Part shown: positions 39,876 through 44,697 of the stretch, one piece after another | Numbering within the stretch: the first letter of the stretch is position 1 | Layout: each line of letters starts with the position of its first letter | Assembly (NCBI GenBank): GCA_947574085.1 | Contig: CANPIH010000003.1 | Coordinates: 1 to 44,697 of the forward strand | Reading direction: 5' to 3' | Length of the DNA stretch: 44,697 bases | From: an uncultured Mycoplasmatota bacterium | GTDB taxonomy: Bacteria; Bacillota_I; Bacilli_A; RF39; UBA660 | Translations under genes and position numbers: made by a program | The notes under the pieces: model-generated | The model's database searches: none | What the model was told of the DNA's origin: nothing | What the model saw: only the letters and a program-made list of their open reading frames with translations

Positions 39876-39900
39876 TTTAGTCGACATTTAGTCGACATTT
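39876..39900. repeat. 11-bp tandem repeat (TTTAGTCGACA)x2 + TTT
   Basis: Exact copies at 39876-39886 and 39887-39897. Confidence 0.85.
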
Positions 39901-39999
39901 TGTGGAAATAACTATTCTAACTTCCTTAATTATTATTTAAGGTATAGTTAATGTATCACAAGAAGTGTATAATATAATTAAAGGAAAGGAAACTGGTAT

Positions 40000-40713
40000 A
40001 TGGATAGTATAGAGATGTTACAAAAGATAATAGATGAATCAGATAATATTGTGTTCTTTGGAGGAGCTGGTGTTTCTACTGAAAGTGGTATTAGAGATTT
40101 TCGAGGAGATAATGGTTTATATAAAGATAAGAATAATTATGAGCCAGAGTATCTATTAAGTTCAAAGTGCTTTCATAATGAACCTGAAGTTTTCTTTGAT
40201 TTTTATAAGAATAAGATGAATTGTTTGGATGCAGTACCTAATGTAACCCATTTGTATTTAAGTAAACTAGAGAAAATTGGGAAACTTAAAGCAATTGTTA
40301 CTCAGAATATAGATGGATTGCATCAAAAGGCTGGAAGTAGTAATGTTTTAGAAATACATGGAACTATTCGTAAGAACCATTGTATCGAATGCAGTAAGGA
40401 ATGTGATTCGGATTTTGTTTTTAATAGTAATGGGATACCTAAATGTGATTGTGGAGGTATAATTAAACCTGATGTTGTATTGTATGGTGATATGTTACCA
40501 GAGGCATTTTCGCTTGCACAAGATCATATAAGTAAAGCTGATACTTTAATTGTGGCTGGTACATCGTTGACAGTAGAGCCAGCAAGTAGTTTGGTTAGAT
40601 TATTTGGTGGTAAGAATTTGATTATTATAAACAAAGATAAAACGCCATATGATAGGTTTGCAACATTAGTAATTAATGACAATTTATCCAATGTATTTGG
40701 GAACCTACATTAA
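40000..40713 (+). CDS. cobB: NAD-dependent protein deacylase (classical sirtuin, CobB/SrtN-like)
   Basis: FGGAGVSTESGIRDFRG, TQNIDGLHQKAGS, EIHG, Zn site CIEC...CDC, KPDVVLYG, GTSLTVEPA, IINK. Confidence 0.92.
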   Translation: MDSIEMLQKIIDESDNIVFFGGAGVSTESGIRDFRGDNGLYKDKNNYEPEYLLSSKCFHNEPEVFFDFYKNKMNCLDAVPNVTHLYLSKLEKIGKLKAIVTQNIDGLHQKAGSSNVLEIHGTIRKNHCIECSKECDSDFVFNSNGIPKCDCGGIIKPDVVLYGDMLPEAFSLAQDHISKADTLIVAGTSLTVEPASSLVRLFGGKNLIIINKDKTPYDRFATLVINDNLSNVFGNLH

Positions 40714-40783
40714 TATAATGCTTAGAGTCTGCAACACCGAGAGCTATATGTTCTCTACAATTGATAGAAAGTTAGATTTTATA

Positions 40784-40817
40784 AGGGTTTAACCAATGTG
40801 TTAGACTCTTTTCTTTT
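40784..40817 (+). terminator. Probable terminator downstream of the sirtuin gene
   Basis: AGGGTTTAAC/GTTAGACTCT stem with G.U pairs followed by TTTCTTTT. Confidence 0.5.
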
Positions 40818-40825
40818 GCTCAAGT

Positions 40826-40851
40826 GTATCAAAAACGTATCAAAAGTATCA
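40826..40851. repeat. Tandem GTATCAAAA repeats (x2 + partial)
   Basis: 40826-40834, 40837-40845, GTATCA 40846-40851. Confidence 0.8.
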
Positions 40852-41349
40852 GTTTTTTATGAAATGTAACAAGAATAATTGAAAGTTTAATTTTATTTCG
40901 TATATTATGATAGATGATTATATAATCATCGATATTTGCAGCACAGATTTTCAACTTAGATACGAGATTGTGCGGCTTCTGGGAAAGCATATTCAACCTC
41001 GTTAAACGCACTAAGAATAATAATACTAGTAGTAAAGATATTAATTATTCAAATTTAAATCTAAACTTTAATTTAAACATTTTAAAGAAAGATTTATTTT
41101 AACAGTAAGGTAATCTCAGGAGAATAGAAAGATTTTTTTACAGGTATATAGTAGAGATTACAAATTTAGTAACTACAGATACAAAGAGTATCTAGGTTAT
41201 ATGAGAAAAGATTTATTTTAGTAATTTGTTCTAAAGGTGGTTAAATTCTTTAATACTTGGGACGCTGGGTATTTGGATTACACCTTTAGAGAACGATTCA
41301 CAAAGTGGCTAGAAATGGCCAAATATTGTGTTTTTTGAAAGGAAGTTAT

Positions 41350-41772
41350 ATGGCGGTGCCGAAGAAATTGAAAAATTGGTTGATAAAGATACAAAATCCT
41401 TATACCAGATGCAAACTGGTTGTCTATGAGGATGGACGCTTCTATGTTGATGGTAGTGGTCCATTGATCGGATACTTAAAAGCTGGAGCCCTTAGAGAAA
41501 TAAAGAGCTTAATTAATGAGTTTTTGCCAACTATTAAGCAAAATGGATATCATGTTCAAGAAAAAGATGGATTCATAACCAAATTTTGGGATCATAGCAA
41601 CAAGAAACGAGATGATCTTAAGGTTAAAGGTTGGAAATATGAGTGTCATCTTTTAAGAATATTTTTCAACGTGAATAATTTTAGAAAATTTAAGGTCAGT
41701 ATGCCTGAATTTTATTCCATTATGTCTGATTTTTTAGAAACTAAGACTGTGGAGCGTTCAAATGAAAGATAA
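41350..41772 (+). CDS. Hypothetical protein (pair A, member 1)
   Basis: ATG 41350 after GAAAGGAAG (track start GTG 41305); overlaps next gene. Confidence 0.7.
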   Translation: MAVPKKLKNWLIKIQNPYTRCKLVVYEDGRFYVDGSGPLIGYLKAGALREIKSLINEFLPTIKQNGYHVQEKDGFITKFWDHSNKKRDDLKVKGWKYECHLLRIFFNVNNFRKFKVSMPEFYSIMSDFLETKTVERSNER

Positions 41773-42208
41773 AACTTGGTTAATTATGCTTATTAAAGAG
41801 CAAACGGATGGAATTTATACTGTAACGATTACTGAAGATGGTTATGTTTTAGATAACAAGAAGAAAAAAGTAGTCGTTTTGAAGAAGTCAACTATGGAAG
41901 AACTTAATAAACTGATGATTGAGTATAAAAACCCTAATTTAAGTGATGATTTTGATTCAAAATTTATGGTGAAATTCAATGGTGATACTAATAAGTTCAC
42001 GAGTAATGATAAGGAACTCTATTCTAAAATCATTGATATAGTTTTTAAAGAAGATAATATTAAGCATCCACCTAAGTTGCTAGATTCTGCGATATCTTTA
42101 ATTGAAAGGTTGCGAGCAACTGGAGAGCTAGATGCAATGATTGAAGCAAATGGAATGGATGCAACAGTAGATGCATTACTTGCTATATGTCAGTTAGAAA
42201 ACGAATAA
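41762..42208 (+). CDS. Hypothetical protein (pair A, member 2)
   Basis: 148 aa, GGAG RBS, N-terminus resembles the preceding ORF. Confidence 0.7.
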   Translation: MKDKTWLIMLIKEQTDGIYTVTITEDGYVLDNKKKKVVVLKKSTMEELNKLMIEYKNPNLSDDFDSKFMVKFNGDTNKFTSNDKELYSKIIDIVFKEDNIKHPPKLLDSAISLIERLRATGELDAMIEANGMDATVDALLAICQLENE

Positions 42209-42327
42209 TAGATTACCTTTTAACTATACAAACTAACTTTATTTGAAATAAATGATTAATAATTTATAACAATATTGACTTATCCTTTGATATAGAGGTT
42301 AAATACAAAATCAAAGGAGTTAGAAAT

Positions 42328-42678
42328 ATGAAAGATAAAAAGATACAAAGATACAAAGATAAATTTGAAAATAAACCATTTCCACCACATAATTTCATTA
42401 CTAAAGAACTTATTAGACGTAAGTTTATTACTGATGATTCAGATTTTGATTTATATTTATGGGATGCAATATTTGAGGATTTACTTCAGAGATTTGAGTT
42501 TAAGGTTGTTCTGATTTGTACTGGTTACACTATATCCTGTATAAAGAGGAATCATTTTAAAGATGAAGAAAACAAACCTATTGAATGTTTGTATGCATAT
42601 TTTAGAGTTGCTCTACAGGCCAATATCGAGAAGTATCTTAGGCCACCTGTTTATATTGACTGGATGGATTATAACTAG
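42328..42678 (+). CDS. Hypothetical protein, possibly resembling the C-terminal domain of replication initiators
   Basis: AAGGAG RBS; C-terminal PIECLYAYFRVALQAN recalls the I....AY....L motif of Rep/DnaD-type C-termini (weak). Confidence 0.65.
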   Translation: MKDKKIQRYKDKFENKPFPPHNFITKELIRRKFITDDSDFDLYLWDAIFEDLLQRFEFKVVLICTGYTISCIKRNHFKDEENKPIECLYAYFRVALQANIEKYLRPPVYIDWMDYN

Positions 42679-42716
42679 CTATTTTATATATTAAGTTAGT
42701 GTTAAAGGATTTATTT

Positions 42717-42815
42717 ATGATTAAATTATATGAAGAAATAACTACTAACTTAAGACAATTAAGTGAAGCGGATATTCAAGATCTGCTGAATTTTGTTCTT
42801 CTTTGCTATGGGTAG
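42717..42815 (+). CDS. Small ORF, 32 aa (MIKLYEEITTNLRQLSEADIQDLLNFVLLCYG)
   Basis: Own translation; AAAGGA 7 nt upstream; amphipathic helical pattern; below the ORF-track cutoff. Confidence 0.4.
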   Translation: MIKLYEEITTNLRQLSEADIQDLLNFVLLCYG

Positions 42816-43023
42816 TCTATTGTTCTATCTGTATGATTAGGTGTCTTAGAAGTTGTTTTAGGGTTGTTTTTTACTTTTCAAAAAGTTACCCAAGTAGAAC
42901 CAAGGAACAATTTTTTTAATTCGATATTTCATATGGTTTTATGTAAATTTTTGATAATTGTAATAAAACCTATGTATTTTTTAGTTTTTAAGTTATAATG
43001 ACAACGATATGGAGGAATGAATT

Positions 43024-43350
43024 TTGTTTAGATTTGAAGATGGCGAAGATATAACACCAGAAGAACATGCTACAATTGTAGAACCATTTTTCGAAGTATG
43101 TACTGAACACCTAGAAAAGAAGATAGCACCAAGTTTTGTATGTTTTTTCATTGTAACTGGTTATAGGCGAAATGCACTATGGCAAGCACCTTTGGATATT
43201 TTTATCGGTTCAGCACTAGATATGTTAAATTTTGAGTGTAAGGATTATGCAACTCTTAAAGAAAAGGTTATTAAAATATTGTATAATAGGTATAAGTTAA
43301 GAGTAATAAACGAGGATCCTTTAGACTTTGAGGAAGTGAGGAAATTATGA
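43024..43350 (+). CDS. Hypothetical protein (pair B, member 1)
   Basis: TTG after GGAGG; TATAAT upstream; ATGA overlap with next gene. Confidence 0.75.
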   Translation: MFRFEDGEDITPEEHATIVEPFFEVCTEHLEKKIAPSFVCFFIVTGYRRNALWQAPLDIFIGSALDMLNFECKDYATLKEKVIKILYNRYKLRVINEDPLDFEEVRKL

Positions 43351-43670
43351 TTCGATCTGATTTTGATATTAGCGAAGAAGATTATGACAAAATAAGTATA
43401 CCTTTTGGTAATGCACTTGATGAGTATTTAAGAGATAATTTTATTTATGATTGGATGGCTTTCTATGTTGCTAAGGGTTACCAGATGGATGCTTTATTTG
43501 AGGGAACCCTAAGTGGTGTTTTCAACGCCGCAATTGATAGTGTATGTGATATTAAATTTGGTTCTACTGAAGATATCGAGAGACTTAAAGCAATTTTGAA
43601 AGATAAGTACAACCTTTTATTAACAAGTGATACTCATTTAGAGATTGAAGAGATACCAACACGAAAATAG
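43347..43670 (+). CDS. Hypothetical protein (pair B, member 2)
   Basis: GAGG RBS; full-length similarity to the preceding ORF. Confidence 0.75.
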   Translation: MIRSDFDISEEDYDKISIPFGNALDEYLRDNFIYDWMAFYVAKGYQMDALFEGTLSGVFNAAIDSVCDIKFGSTEDIERLKAILKDKYNLLLTSDTHLEIEEIPTRK

Positions 43671-43697
43671 GATCAGTTATTGCAACTGGTCCTATTT
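43665..43697. terminator. Bidirectional terminator
   Basis: AAATAGGATCAGTT-ATTGC-AACTGGTCCTATTT between convergent stops. Confidence 0.75.
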
Positions 43698-43710
43698 ATA
43701 TGTTATCAAT

Positions 43711-43962
43711 TTATTGTTTTTCTACATCTTCTGTTTCTTCAAAGAGTTTAGACAATGGTACGTTCAATGCCTTTGCAAATCCATAGGCAGTACCAATGCT
43801 ACATGTTTGATGTACTGATTTAGATTCAAGATTTTTTATGAAACTTAGAGCATATCTACTTTTTATGGAAAGTTGTTCTTGGGTAAGTCCAGCTTCTTTT
43901 CGATATTTCTTTAGGTTTCTTGCTAACAAAATGTATGCGTAGTTCTCATCGATTTTATCCAT
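43711..43962 (-). CDS. XRE-family helix-turn-helix transcriptional regulator
   Basis: NLKKYRKEAGLTQEQLS......FIKNLE......SI......AKALNV.L..LF; ATG 43962 after GAGGTGG (track start 43989). Confidence 0.9.
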   Translation of the reverse strand: MDKIDENYAYILLARNLKKYRKEAGLTQEQLSIKSRYALSFIKNLESKSVHQTCSIGTAYGFAKALNVPLSKLFEETEDVEKQ

Positions 43963-44016
43963 TTGTTCCACCTCATTTAATTTTATCAATAAAAATTATT
44001 ATAAAAGGTCTATTGT

Positions 44017-44040
44017 TCACATACTATTTTGTGATATAAT
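44017..44040 (+). promoter_or_regulatory. Extended -10 promoter with an overlapping inverted repeat
   Basis: TGaTATAAT (44032-44040); TCACA-N8-TGTGA (44017-44034) overlaps it. Confidence 0.5.
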
Positions 44041-44063
44041 ATCCTTGATGAGGTGGTGTTTTT

Positions 44064-44697
44064 ATGAGTAAAATTTCTAATGGTGAGGGGTTTATCTATG
44101 TATATCCGTGTATAATGGGTGGTACAAAGAATCTTTGTAAGATAGGTGTAACTGACAATTTTAAGGAAAGGATGAGTCAGCATGTTCGCACTCCATATCA
44201 TGGTTTCAATTGCATGCTAAACTACCCTAGTTATAAACCTATTGCTACGGCTCTTCGAATAAAAAATATGGATATAGCTGATGAGTTAGTTAAAGATTAT
44301 TTTAAAGATTATCAATTGGCAGGAATCGAGGTATACAATATCAATTATAATGTTAGTATCCAAGAACTTTATAACCTTTTGTATGAACATAAACAATATG
44401 TGGAACTAATAGAAGATGGTGTTACTGATTATGGTTTTCTTGTATTAAAAGAAGAAGTTAAAGTTGATACAACTAAGCCAGTGTTTGAAGCTCTTAGAGA
44501 TAAAATTTTATCTAAGTACAATGATGAATTACCTGAGGAGTTGCTACTACTTTTGCGCGATGTAGAAGAATTTAAAACACATTGTTCATCACATTATGAA
44601 ACGGGAAATTTTGTCGAATTTTTTGATGGCTTAGTGTTAGATATTGGTGTTTGCAAAGCTAGTAGAGCTTTACTACTAAATAAGTTACAAGAATTAT
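44064..44697 (+). CDS. GIY-YIG (T5orf172-like) nuclease domain protein, 3'-partial
   Basis: Not in the ORF track because no stop occurs before the window end. Own translation MSKISNGEGFIYVYPC...LCKIGVTDNFKERMSQH...IEVY: G-F-I-Y / K-I-G-x-T / R / E pattern; GAGGTGG RBS. Confidence 0.75.
   Translation, partial: MSKISNGEGFIYVYPCIMGGTKNLCKIGVTDNFKERMSQHVRTPYHGFNCMLNYPSYKPIATALRIKNMDIADELVKDYFKDYQLAGIEVYNINYNVSIQELYNLLYEHKQYVELIEDGVTDYGFLVLKEEVKVDTTKPVFEALRDKILSKYNDELPEELLLLLRDVEEFKTHCSSHYETGNFVEFFDGLVLDIGVCKASRALLLNKLQEL

Larger units (their letters stand above)
39830..44697. mobile_element. Probable genomic island / integrated element (left part; no integrase in window)
   Basis: Junction-like tandem repeats at 39876 and 40826, visible shift in codon usage (more AAG/GAG), short unknown ORFs, XRE regulator, GIY-YIG nuclease. 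Confidence 0.5.

Noticed and set aside
40000-40713. Sir2 as an anti-phage NADase (ThsA/DSR/SIR2-pAgo type)
   Set aside because: It has the complete classical deacylase signature, including the zinc-binding cysteines, at normal length with no fused or adjacent partner.
41008-41102. TKNNNTSSKDINY-like reading, reminiscent of a phage replication protein linker
   Set aside because: I found no extended ORF or RBS. It could be a remnant but cannot be supported by eye.
39876-41220. Short repeats as a CRISPR array
   Set aside because: The repeats are 9-17 bp with no regular 30-40 bp unique spacers, and no cas genes are present.
101-44201. Short or shadow ORFs in the track (e.g. 101-427, 5614-5886, 7419-7610, 7809-8051, 8012-8212, 9619-9855, 9807-10037, 10880-11089, 17157-17345, 19344-19532, 21980-22195, 23309-23506, 27158-27436, 34718-35413, 40829-41011, 44010-44201)
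   Set aside because: Nearly all overlap well-supported genes in antisense or alternate frames. They show no recognisable motifs, and most have the F/L/I/S bias typical of antisense AT-rich coding DNA.
1-44697. Mycoplasma-type genetic code 4
   Set aside because: Long genes are open in the standard code, Trp is TGG, and TGA terminates genes with sensible overlaps (e.g. 28721, 43350).

Overview
Very AT-rich bacterial DNA read in the standard code (TGA used as stop, Trp = TGG). Gene style suggests a low-GC Bacilli/Firmicute, possibly RF39-like; that is an inference. About 1-31.8 kb is a large cell-wall/surface polysaccharide locus. It has a minus-strand methyltransferase/coiled-coil + WsaF-like + GT4 block, a central ABC-dependent rhamnan core (rgpA-like, wzt, wzm, rhamnosyltransferases, rgpF-like), and two separate side-chain modules (each DUF2142 GT-C + GacI/WpsA-like GT2 + DUF2304 + GTs + flippase). 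The second module adds fdtA/fdtB-like genes and a Stealth phosphotransferase. About 31.8-39.7 kb is housekeeping: CDF transporter, nifJ/PFOR, recG, DUF975. Two unannotated, fully delimited small-RNA-like units flank recG-DUF975. They share an architecture and an exactly complementary GC-rich 11-mer, making a candidate sRNA/sponge pair; this is the most interesting observation. From about 39.83 kb to the end is an accessory, island-like region. It contains junction-type tandem repeats, a classical sirtuin, a structured non-coding block, two pairs of tandem paralogues of unknown function, an XRE regulator and a divergent GIY-YIG/T5orf172-like nuclease that runs off the window. No tRNA, rRNA, CRISPR array, integrase or transposase was seen. 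All product calls come from motif recognition by eye, not database searches.
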